Source: Adineta vaga (Eukaryota > Animalia > Rotifera). From it: DNA of 64,000 nt. The DNA lies in the NCBI GenBank assembly GCA_021613535.1, contig CP075495.1, positions 9,052,001 to 9,116,000 on the forward strand. The letters run 5' to 3'. This document shows positions 11,428 to 24,400 of this stretch, piece by piece; the first letter of the stretch is position 1; each line of letters opens with the position of its first letter. The position numbers were made by a program, and so were the translations under genes. The notes beneath the pieces are model-generated. The model had not been told where the DNA came from and made no database searches. It saw only the letters and a program-made list of their open reading frames with translations.

Positions 11428-13811
11428 ATGGCATTGTCTGTACAATCTGTTACATCATCATTAGAATCTTCTTCACAATCTATGAAACCAGTTTCAGTCT
11501 CTTCCAAACGAAGTGTCAATACAAAATTTGTTGTTGATTGGAATAGTTCAGCAACAACTAAAACAGCAGCAGCAGCAGCAACATCAGTATTAAATCAAAG
11601 CAAAGCAAAGAATGAAAATTTACAAGATGCTTTTCGTCGTTTTCGTGAACAACGAATGGTATGTTTACAATCGTCGAATGAGCGTCCGTAGGCCATCTTT
11701 ACCTGACAGTATTAGCAATTCTTGATTTTCGAACTAATGCTGTATAGTAAGATGACATTTAGTTGCTCTATAGTACAAAGAAGAATTCCCAAGAGCTTCA
11801 CGAAGTATACTTACTTGTATGTATGGAGAGAATTGCTTGCACATTGTGCAGTAGCAATTTGATTGATATGAAGAATACTAAAGAAGTATTGCCTTTTTAT
11901 ATGAAAGGCATTGTTGACCAACAACTATCTTTTCTCTCTCTCTCTCTCTCTCTTTCTTAACGATGAAAAAGGGCGTCATCTAAATGAATTATATATTGAC
12001 GAAGGATTATCGTTGATGGGCACGAGTTTGTCCGCCTCATTTTAACGATTGAATCATTCATGTTCAATCTTTCGATCCTTGGTCTATATATATATATATA
12101 TATCTTTATCTAAATAGAATAAATATAAGCAAATGACACGTGTAATTAGTTTGCCAATTAGGTGATGAACATCTATTTGTATTTACATATCTATACATAG
12201 GGATATCCTGTTGACAAAGATGTCACATCCGTATGTGGAAGGAAGATATTTTATCTTGTAATATTGATTTAAAAGAAAATATGTTATTTTATAATTGATT
12301 AGGATGAAATGCGTCTTCAGCAACGTTTAGAAGCAAGAAAAAAGAAGAAAATTCGACGATCAAATCCTAAACGGATGCGTCGTTTACGATTGAAGTTTCT
12401 TGAACAAGCAAAACGATATTTAGGAATACCATATGCAAAAAAATATTTTGAACCAGGAAGTGAGACATTATTCCAATCGATTTTCTTTTTCAAAACATAA
12501 TTTCAATATATTCATAGCGCCTGAATATGAATCCAGACTATTTTTGGATTGTTGTGGTCTTGTTCGCCGTGTTATGTATGATTTAGCGAAAGATTTTGGA
12601 TTCATGATTGGTCCGTGGAATCAATCATATATGTATGATACATTACCAAAAACAATTACAAATTTGTCTGATGTACAACCCGGTGATTTGGTTTTTATTT
12701 CAGCTACCTATTACAATCCGAAGAGTGAGTAAGTGCAGAATTTATTTTTTTATTATTTAATGAAAATCTTTTCTTTTTGTGTTTCTTTTCAATAGTGAAA
12801 AAACAACGACATGATTTAACACATGTAGAAATCATGTTAGGTGATGGAGAAAAAACAATTGGTGCTCGATGGAATGATGGCAAAGTACAATTTTTTGATA
12901 GCTATAAATTTGTATCAAAAAGTTATCATTCACAAGTTTATACAATTAAATCACTTGATCCATGGTTGAAAGGAATTTGTAAAAGGTAAAATAGATGATG
13001 TAAAGAAAGAGATTATCCAAGAAATCTTTCTATTCTCAACTATTTATCTCTCTCTCTCTCTCTCTAAAAATAGAAATTCTCTTTTAATTTGAGTTCAAAT
13101 TAACATTCCTAATATATCGATGAAAAAACGAGAACTTCTATTACATGTAATTAATGATACATACACATGAGATGTCTTCAGTGAGTTTATTATTAAATTA
13201 CTGTAATGATGTGTAATAGCCGACATAAACATGCAAATAAATTATATCTGTTTCCGTTTATATACAGTAGAAATTTCAAAGTGTTTTCTATGTATTTAAG
13301 TTGTTGTGCTGAACATCCTTGGCGTCAACGACGACGTATGAAAGTGAATAAAAATTCGATATTCTATTCACGTGATCAATCGAATGATAAACAACGTCGC
13401 CATCGTCATCGTCGTCGTTCTTATAGTAAACGAACATCCTGTGGATCGATATCATCAGTCAATTCTTCAACAAAGAAAACAGATAGTCATCGAAAACAAA
13501 GACGACGAAAAACACGTTCAAAATCACAGAAACGTTCTACTTCAGCTAAAGGTTCTCCTGAGAAATCGATTCTTATTCCAAATGATGAACAATTACCACC
13601 ATCATCAACGATCGATATCGAATCGATTAGCGAAGATGATAATGATGATGATGATTCAATTGAAATGATTGGTAATCAACTAACTGGAATGACATGTCAC
13701 GATGATGATCAAGATTTGTGTGATGATTCAGATTCAATGGATGATGCTTTAGATGCTGAACAATATGATGATGATATTGAAACAAGTATTATAACCGCGA
13801 ATGTCCAGTGA
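11428..13811 (+). CDS. NlpC/P60 (C40 papain-like) domain protein with a basic then acidic low-complexity tail; about 5 exons
   Basis: Spliced core AKRYLGIPY...LDCCGLVRRV...VQPGDLVF...THVEIMLGDGEKTIGA follows the NlpC/P60 pattern (GxPY, DCxG catalytic Cys, PGDLVF, H-V-x-I). Confidence 0.8.
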
Positions 13812-15307
13812 AGAATAAACTTTGTTCTTTTTATTTTTTTCCAAAGATATCAATTGATAAATATAGAATTTGTCATTAAAACGTTTTTTTTGTTCTTATA
13901 TATTCGTTATGATAATCAGAATATTTTATCGACTTTTCTTTTACTTTTAATAATATATACATATATATACAAGTAAATCATATTTCCTCTTAACATATGA
14001 CAATCTGTCGATTGCAATTTATTTTCAATATAATAGAAAAGATAAATTGTATGAAAATATTCTCTGCTTCTTTTTTTCTTCTCTCTTATCAAAGAACGTT
14101 AATTATAAACTTGTGCTGCTATCAAACAAAATGAGAAGTTTTCAAGGTTGATCTATTTTCAATAGATAAAAGGAAGATTCTATTATTAATTAGAATGTTG
14201 TTCACGATTCTTTTTCATCATTTATCTTGATTTCATAGATGATAAATCTTCAACTGTCAGACAATCTTGAAAAAGAGAAAAACAATTTTCTCTCGATTAT
14301 TTATAAGAGCTCTTAGTCCTTCTTGTTTCTTCGATGAATTTTGTCATTGACTTCCCTTGGGATATCTTTGTTATATACTCTCTTTTGTACACGAAATCGA
14401 ATTAGTTCATTTTAGAAAAAAAGAAACCAAAACAAATGTCAAAACGAATTTTGTTTTCTCATACTTCGTCATTCTGATCACATGCTATTGTTTATTTAAG
14501 CTTATGTAAGTGTCACTTTCTATGAAGTTTTCTCTTCTCTCATTCAATTAGAAAAACAAAGAACGTCATTCCATACAGAATACATACATATATATTTATA
14601 ACGATGTGATACAAACATAATCGTCAGGATGCCAGATAGAAATACCAACAATCTAATCAATCTTCTTCGAAGTTGTTTTGTAAGGCTTTATACAATGATA
14701 AAGAATACGACAAAATCTTTTTTTTATCTCTGGTGCATTTATATATACATATATGTAATCAACATACCCGAAAGTAGGCTGACATCTCAGTATTGTTAAC
14801 TGACAAGTACTAACTTATACTACTGTTAGTTTATGATTTTCTGATGAATTGCTAGATCTGTTAGATAAATAAACGAAGTTTTAATAATGATGAAAGTTTA
14901 TACTTAAATAACTTTCTACTGTCGATTTCAACAAACGGAAATGAAAATATAGAAGAAGAAAGAAAAACCTAGTATTTCATCTCTTTTCAACCATTTATAA
15001 TATGAAGAGATATTTACGCTATTTCCTCCTTTTTTTTCCTAATTTAACCTTGAATACAACTAACTTTGTGCGTCCATTGACGTCAGAAAATTTACTACAT
15101 TCCCTATTTAATGCAATGTGAGTTTAGCGCATAATGTAATGTGTGTCTTGTGCAAACAATCCATGACTATTTTATTAGATTATTATGTCAAATTCTTTTA
15201 CCTTTCGTATGAACACCTAACAGAACTTCTTTTTCTTACCTTACGTGTCGACTTATTATTTTTACGTTCAGTATTTTTCTGTTGCAGAGAAAAGAAATAG
15301 AACGACT

Positions 15308-16762
15308 ATGTTAACAACAACTGAAACAACACCGGCATCATCACCACCCGTACTTCATCGAACGTCAAGCAAACCGGATTTTGTTTTGTATGTATTTTTG
15401 TTTCCGTCGTACGTTTATTTACGCTGATGCATACTTTTTTATTTTTCATAAAATGACAGTTTTGAGATATAGTAGAAGTCTAAATAGCTTTGACTTTCTG
15501 TTTTGTTTTCCCCTCACGTCACATTCTTAAAACTTATTAAGCTAACTAAAAAACAACTACTTTAGTAAATACTTATTGTAAAGGATCATATGAGATACAA
15601 GTCGCAGCCATTTATCTACTCTCATTGACTTTTTTTTCTTCTTGTCCTCTGACTTCTTCTTGCCTTTCTTTTATTCTTTCATTCCATCAATGAGACACAG
15701 AATCAGACTTTCTTTCTTTTTTCTTTCGGTTTTTTAAATGTATGTTGATGCATACTGTTATTAAAAACACTTACATTTACATATATTTTCTATATAAATT
15801 CAATTGAGATAATATATTTGTACGCATCTGAGTTCTTCAGTTATTGGTTATCACAAACTATCTATCTATGCAAATTTCTAGCAGGTACTTTATGAACATC
15901 GAATAGGCAAACAAAAGATAAATAAATAGATGACAGAGTTTTTTCAAATTAATATTTAACCATTTTATTCTTATTTTAGGAAAAGTAGTTGTGGTGATTT
16001 ACAAAGTCGATTGAAAGTTCGAAAAGTGCTCGGCGTTGGTGATACAACAGGCGCAACATGTAGTTCAAAAATCAGTCAAATTCTTGGACAATCGGATAAT
16101 TTAATCTTTAAATTACCACCAAAACTTGCAACATGGTTACTATTAGTAACAACATTTTTCAGTTGTTTCACTGTGATGGTAATATAACTAAAATGTCATT
16201 TGTAATTAGTTAGATTGAAGAAAAAATATTATATTTACATATATAGGGTCTCCTATGGCCATCTTATTTACATTTTATTTTACCTGGAGGAGTGGAATCA
16301 ACTGTTCATTTAGCTACATCATACGCATGTATGTATAAATTTATTTCATATTCTTTAATATAAATGAAAATTTTAGTTCTGGCAACAGTACTCGGTTTAA
16401 CCCTTCGATCAGGTGATAAAACATCACTTCAACTTGTTCTTTTCTCTCTTGCTCTATTTCATGCATTATCACTTCTAAGTAAGTTTACTTTTATTCATAA
16501 AAAAAACTATTTATTCTATCTTCTGAATTCATTTCTAGTTGCTTTATATTTATTCAAAACAAATGGTACCAAAATCAAATCAATAATCGCAATCATTCTT
16601 CATCTTATTTGTCTATTTATTAATGGACATTTCTATCATTCTGTCAATCGAACAATTTCACCAATAGCACGTCATCATAGACTAAGATCATATTTTAATT
16701 CAATGATCTCATTTCCAACGCAAGCTATAGCTGATTCTAATGGAGGACATGAATCTTCTTAA
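15308..16762 (+). CDS. TP53I11: TP53I11 (PIG11)-like membrane protein
   Basis: The exon at ~15980 encodes KSSCGDLQSRLKVRKVLGVG...SKISQILG, matching the TP53I11 N-terminal signature (DLVSRLKTRKILGVG...SKISQVLG). About 4 TM segments follow. Confidence 0.78.
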
Positions 16763-18043
16763 AAAGAAAATCTCAATAAATATACATATTTTTGCTTGAA
16801 ATATCATTTCTACGTGACATCTACTAAAGTTTGTAACCATCATGAAGATAAAGAGTGATACTTTTCTTTTGCTTCCTTCCTTCCTTCTTTCTTCTTCATT
16901 TCTTTTTTGATACAAGACAAGACTTCACAAAATTCTATTACATAAATGCGAATGCTTGAGACAAAAAGACGTATTATATTGAGATTGACAGGAAGCTGTA
17001 ATAGACTATAGAAGCACTTGAACTGATGTAGAAAACACGCTATTTTGAATCAGAAATATGATTTCTACAGTTTAATTGAATTTTATAAGCTTAATTTGTT
17101 TTTCATTCCTCGTGTATTTTCACGGGAGTAATCTTTTCACTTCTGAGACAAGAGAATCTTTGTTTTTTAATAATATAATGTAGTGCGTCCTACGAGTAAA
17201 ACAACATATATTTTCAGCATTACAATTTTTCCTCTCCAGAGATTTATTTGGAGAAACTCGTGTAACATTTGTTTGAACAGAATCTATTCGATCAAAATTA
17301 TGGAAGGATTTTCTCATCAAATGTATATTATTATTTTATAATTGTCCTTATAAAATACAGAATAACAAAGCCTATTCTAATGATCAATCTCAATACGGAA
17401 CATCTTGAGGTAAATAAAAACACTTGAACGAAAACATCCCTTCAATATTATATATATATATGTATCGCATTGTCACAAGATGCTTCGTATCTGTGAAATG
17501 ATTTCTGTCATAAATATTTTTATTATATTTAAAATCAACGATGATTTATGTTACTTGCGTTGATATATAAGTAGCCTAAATAGTAATGTTGAAAGAAATG
17601 TCAGTAGATTATTTACGCAAATTTCGGCTGATTTATATATCTAACTGATTAGTCGACCTACTGATAATCTCTTGATGGAATCGATAATTTCCATATGTAT
17701 CATTGATGATAAACTTAATAAACAAAAAGAATGAATTTTATTCAAACGATTCATTTGAATCGTGCGCAAATATTTATTTATTTATACATAAACGTTAACG
17801 TACAAGAAGAATCCAACAAGCACACATAAAGGATCTAGGAAATACATCAAATCATAAAAGTTAATTTTTCAATCATGTGATTATATGAGCACAAGTCTTA
17901 AAAACAAAACAATATAATCAGGCACAACAATGAAATCATAAATGAAATAAGACATAAACGAAAAATTGTCTCTAACAAAAATCTACTAAGAAACGTTTCA
18001 TACGAGCACAACAATAAACGGATAAAAACAACGAAATTGTCTG

Positions 18044-20888
18044 TTAATCATTAAAATTAACAAGATATTTAATAGATATTTGAGAATTATTTGATGAATT
18101 TTGAAGATAAGATGTACGTATTTTCCAATTTAATAATGACATGTCAGAAAAATGACTAGTTGCTAATGAATAAATCGATGAAGTATCTTCTTGAACATTT
18201 CGTCGTTCAATTAACGATGTTAAAGAAAGTTCAATAGAACCAAGAAGACCTAGAATTAATTAATAAATCAATAGTTAAGTCCATTTAGAAATGCTTACGA
18301 TCGGTTGTATATTTCGATCGATTATAAATCGAACATTTAATTATATCATTGTGAATATCGCAGATAAAGAATCGAAATGAAACATGCCATTGTATATTTG
18401 AAGTATCACAAAGAACAGGTGTTGTTTGACGTTGATAATTATTCATTTCGATTATACAATATGGATTACTACCTAGAATGATTTTCATTAATTATAAACA
18501 CTCTAATGTCAATGCAGTTCCTTAATATCTTTTATATGATCATTTTAAATAGTATCTGTTTCAGACAATCTGCGCATTTAAGCGTGCAAGTATTTCTTAA
18601 TGTATGAACTAACATGAGACTATGCCAATATCGGAACTCTGCTGCTCACTAAACATATAGTTTCACATCTTTTTGAAATTAATTTCAAATCAAAGTAAAA
18701 TTTTTCTATCGTATAGATATGGATTCTAATACGAACCATTCTTTTGTACAGGTGTTAAAGGTAAATGCATTGCATTAATTTCTCGAATGAATACTTTTCC
18801 AATTGGACGACAACTATCAAGATTTAAATCTAAATATATCAATCAAGATAGTGTAAAATAAGAGTTGTACAATTACTAAATTCTGGTGCACGAAACATTG
18901 AAGTAATAAAATGTCGTTGACGACAGATATGAATTGCATCATTAATACTTTTTGTCCATAAAAATCTACATGGAAGAAAACTGATGACACAGATGATTGT
19001 CTTAAAATTGTATTGACCTTTCATTGATATTGCTAGCGAAAAGAGTTATTTGTCGTCCACGATAATCAAATTGAAAACCAGTTGAATCATCTTCAAGAAA
19101 TCGTACATTTCGCATTTCATGTAACATGAGTGGCTAAATATCATTTTTTTCCGAAATAAAATCTTTTACTTTTCTTCACAAAATTTACTTGTTTATAGAC
19201 AATCAAATAAAGATGATCTGCATCTGGTGAATCAAACCAATCAATATTTGATTGTTTCGATGATGTTCTAGGAAACAATTGTTGTTGTTCTCGTCGATGA
19301 TTAAACATCGTTCGATTGATAATTTGTAAAACTTTCGTAAATAGTGGTCGTTTTAGACGAGTTAATAAAATGAAATCATTAAATAACATTGCATAGAGTA
19401 GATGACTTGTTGATTTTGACTACAAAGAAAATAAACTAGAGAAGATACAATGAATAATCGTAACAGTACCAAACGTAAAGGATTATAATGAATTAATTTT
19501 CTTTGATCACCAAAATGTGTTAATGAATTAAATATAATTGTCTAAATGATGAATGAAAATATATTCGTTAATCTATGAAGATCATTTCTCCATTCATACT
19601 TCATTGATCTTCGAACAATCGACATGTTTTTGTAACCATTCGAATTTCGTTCGATTGATTTCTTCATCAATAGCATTATTGATTGTTTCACGTAATTCAT
19701 TCGCTTTTTCTAATGAATCATTCAATTCATTAAAATCCGAACTATCATTCGACGTATTCTTTATAATCTAGATGCAAAACTAAGAAGTTCTCTTTTGTTT
19801 TTGTTTTTATCACATATATTACTTGATCGATCAAAACTGGATACTTCGCAATTCGTTGTAATGGTAATGTTAAAATATTTGCATCACCCATAGTACCAAT
19901 ACCATAAGTTTGTCCTTTCGTTTTCTACTAGGCAGAAGAAAGTATCAATCAAAGATAACGATCGACTGATATTACCTGCATAAAATTACGAAATTTTGAA
20001 GAAAGACAAAGTTGTTCACGAAAACATTTCATTGCAGTTGGATGAAAACGAAAATAAACTTCATATTCAGCAATTAAATCAGGAATCTATTTGTTTGACA
20101 GAAAAAGAAAGGATTTTGTTTTTGAATAAGAATCAATTGTTACTTACAGATTCGCACAAAATTTTTCCAATAGATATTTGTTCACCATCTGTCTTCAACG
20201 TAGTTATTAATGTGCTGTAGAAAAAGATACGGAATGTATTAGATTGAATTTGTTGTATTACGTTTTACTTTGCAAGCTTTTCATGACTACGTGTTAAACT
20301 TGGCCAATTAAGAAAAAGACCATCAATATGAGATGATGATAAAATATTATTTTCTAACATTGGTGTTATATAAGTCTAAAAGAAGAATATAAATCATCTT
20401 ATATTTGCAATGTTTTGAGCAAAACATGTAGCTCTTTGTCAACATTGTGTTATGAATGATTATTTACTTTTAAAATATTTTTCATATCATATACAAATCG
20501 TTGTTCGGATGAAATCAATTCCATTATAGCAATATTTTTTGGTGTCATATTTACGAGATTTTTCAATGATGCAGAAGACATATTTTGTGTGATATTAGTA
20601 TTATTCATCATCAATTGTTCTCGTTCAATTGATTCTGTTTCAATCATATCAACTGAAGTTTCTTCTATATTACGAAAAAATGCATTTGAGATAATAATAA
20701 ACTGAAAAGTTTTTATGTTTAAATTTACTTCTAAAAACATATTCTTGACTAATATAATGTATATTAAATCGACGATATAATATTGATGTTGTAGAATTTC
20801 GATTAAATGTTGTTAAATCATCACATAGAGTTTCGTCATTCAGTATTGATTGATACGAACGTGATGAAAGACGTGTGGATATCATCAT
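18044..20888 (-). CDS. Intersectin-like DH-PH-C2 Rho guanine nucleotide exchange factor without EH/SH3 domains
   Basis: DH: AIMELISSEQRFV and LTLPLQRIAKYPVLI. PH linker FEWLQKHVDC...IFNSLT...RKLIH...LFNDFILLT. C2: GKVFIREINA...GSNPYC...DRLLG. Stop TAA at 18044-18046. Confidence 0.8.
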
Positions 20889-21442
20889 CGTTGTAAAAAG
20901 ATATTTTGTCGTTGAAACAAACTTTCAAATTCTCATTTAAGTCGCGCTTATAGATGTCGCTCATTCTATTCATTTAAGATATTTTGATGGTTTTCATATA
21001 TCATATTAAAGAAAGACAAATAATATAAATTCAGATTTTATCAGAAAAAAAGCAATTTCAGAAAATCCAACTGTCCTCAATGACCAACAAATTTCATTGG
21101 TTAATTTATTACAAATCAAAATTCAGATTTCTTATTATATAGTTTACCGTTTATTTTCAGATAACGTTGTTCAATTTTGAGTTTCTTTGTCTACTAGACA
21201 AACAAATGCCGTCAAGTTGGTGATGGTGACAATTTCCGAAATAGTATAGTTTGATTTTGATTTTCAGTCCAGATTGATTCTCTTTCGGTCATTTTATATC
21301 TATCGAATCATATCAGTATTGACAGAATGCAGCTAACATTCCAGAAGTTAACTGTCATTTGACTATTTGCATCTTCCAATTCGAGAAAGTTCTCATATGA
21401 TTTATATATTTTTAGATTTAGTTGCGGTTTGAGTTCATATCA

Positions 21443-24400
21443 ATGCAACCACCATGTGCTCTATGCAGCACATTAGTACCAATATTAGAAAAATGTAAAT
21501 GAATATAATTATATAAAATTCCCAGTAGAAAATTCGTTTTATATTTAGATTCTTCATTGGAATTAATTGAAGCCATTGATCTTCAAAAGGATGATATTTG
21601 CACATTTGTTTCATTTGTTACAAACTGGCCTCAAACGTAAGTTATTTATCATGGAAAGTTTCTTTATCAAATCGTTTAGTTAAATCACAAATAGATCTTT
21701 TTCAAAAACGAAACTTAAAAGACTCTACTTGCATAGGTTTTGACAGAGTAACATGAGTTGTAGCAACTATCCGTCTTACATACTTGAAATTCTTGCGCAA
21801 TACCAATACGAAAGCAATAGAGATCTCTGAAAATAAATCGTGAGTGCATAAAATGATGGGCAAGTTGTTTTTCTATACATTTTGAATTCCTTTCAATTTT
21901 CATCAAATCGATTTTTTTTCAATATATTTTTTCTTCTAGACGATGTGCATGTTTATGTCGTGATGCGACAACAATTGAACGTTTTTCCTCTCTTGTTGAA
22001 TGGTTACTTCTCTATATAATAAATCTATTGCAAACATTTACCATATCTGATAATCCATCTGATGATGATTTTCTTAATCAATCAAATGAATCCGATCCAT
22101 CTTCACAAATATGTAGTATTTTAACCACAACAGATCAAGAACAACAACGTCAATATCGTCAATGGTCATTAGAAGAAAAAGAACGTCTCTTATTATGTGT
22201 AGCTCGTTGTTTTACATTAAATTTACCTATATATACAGCTGCACATCGTAATCCATCATTAGCACATCATGTTGCTTATTATCAAATGCAACATGCATCA
22301 CCAGATTTCAAAACATTTCTATCATCATATTGTCATTTAAATTTATCATCAAATAATGCCAATGGAAATAATGATTCTCATCATGTCTCACTCTATTTAT
22401 ATAGACATATATGTTCATTTTGTGAAAATCGTGGTCTCATTGTTATACGACAAGTATTTGAATCAGCAAAAAATACTCGAATGTTACCATTGTCAATAGC
22501 ACATGCATTATTTGTTATTTTAACAAATTTACGTCATCATTTAAATATAGGTATGATATACGATAAATTATCTTTGTCCTATAATAAAAAATGTTTACAT
22601 ACTGAAAAACCTATCAGAATAACAACCGAAACATAGGTAAATAACGTTCTAGACCTTGAGTTTGTTAGGAAATAACCTTCAAAAACATGGTAACTGATAA
22701 AGCATAGTTAAAAGTACATTGAGAATATGTTTTATCGATGGACATTCACTAATTTGCGAGTATGAATTATCAGAAAATTAAACTCTTCTCTTTGCTTATG
22801 TTCATTAGATATTATCAAAAACTTTCTCCTACCAATTCGACCACATGCCATACGTTATATGTGTTTATTATCTGATAATGAATTACGATTATGTGGACAA
22901 AAAAATACCAATGATCTGTTATACGCATCATTAAAAGATTTATTTCTAACAACAACATTTCGTCAACGTTCAACTTCATCCAATAGTGTTCTATCACCAT
23001 ACAATACTAAACATCATCATACAATACAATTTCAACGTTATCATTTTGATCGTTTAATGCTAACATTAGCATTAAAGTATTTAACATGTTCAACATTAAC
23101 TATACGTCTAACTGGTTTATCACATATTACTAATCAAATACAACAATGTCTTGATTATACTCAATATCGTCGTCATCAATCGATGGCAGCGGCAGCCGCT
23201 GCAGTAGCATCTTGTTGTTCACATAATAATACAACTACACAAGAAATCTTTACAGTTAGTGAATCTGATGGTGAAGATGAAACAACACAAAAATTAACGA
23301 ATGATCCATCATCTTCATCAGCTAGTTCAGGAGATGAAAATGATGAATATTCGACAACAAATCATCATGAACGTAAATTATGCAATTGGATTATTGAAAA
23401 TAAAATAATTGATTATCTCTTTGGACCAAATTTACATACTGAATTATTGAAACAATGTTTAACTATATTAATCTTTTTAGCATCAAATAATCGTCTTACT
23501 GTTGAACATATTGATTTAATCTGGTCATGTGTATCATTAACACATTGTAGTCGACACATTTTGGATTTATTAATGAATTTAGGACAAAAAAATTTAAATA
23601 TTCATCTACTTAATCATTTATTACAATTGATTGGTCGAAGTGATCGATCACAATATACAGAATCCACATTAACATTAATAAGTATATTAACGAAATCTTA
23701 TTGGAGTCAATTGATTCGTTCGTCGAATACAATGATTCAAAATAAGAAACAACAAGAATTGGTTCTAAAACAAAAATTTCATCAAAGAAATTCATTAAAT
23801 ATGCAAAATATTCTTCGACAACAGAAAACGTTAAAACGACAACAATTATCACCATTGAAAAGACTTGATAGAAATAAAAATGTGGCTATGATTCGACAAC
23901 GAGGTTGGAAGAGAACAAGCAGATTGGTTTTTCTAAAAAGTAATTCTTTTCAATATTTTTATTTAGCTCGAATGCAACATAAAAATACACCACATTTAAT
24001 TCGTCAAACATCTCCTTCATCGCCGCCAACGATGTCTCGTCCTATATCTGGAAAAAAATCAGGAGCACAACAACAACCTGCAAAGATTGCTGGTATTGAT
24101 GAAGATTCAGTTGAAGAAGTGATCATTGTTGAATCACCTCAACAGCAACAACCGTTAACGGAACAGAATGTTTCAAAATTGATGGCAAATAAATGTAAAG
24201 AATTTCCTTCACAAAATCTTCTGAAACCAAATCCATCATCGGCATATGTTCTACGTCCAGAGAAGAAGAATGATGATTCAACAAATGCAAATGTTGCGAC
24301 GGATGAATGGACTGATGATGAAGATGATGAAGATGAAGATGAAAATAACGATGAACATATGCATAATAGTGCAGTCGTTGCACGACGAACAGCACCATTC

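Noticed and set aside
21216-21230. X-box-like GTTGGTGATGGTGAC between the RhoGEF and USP34
   Set aside because: One half-site mismatches the consensus and the neighbours are not known ciliary genes.
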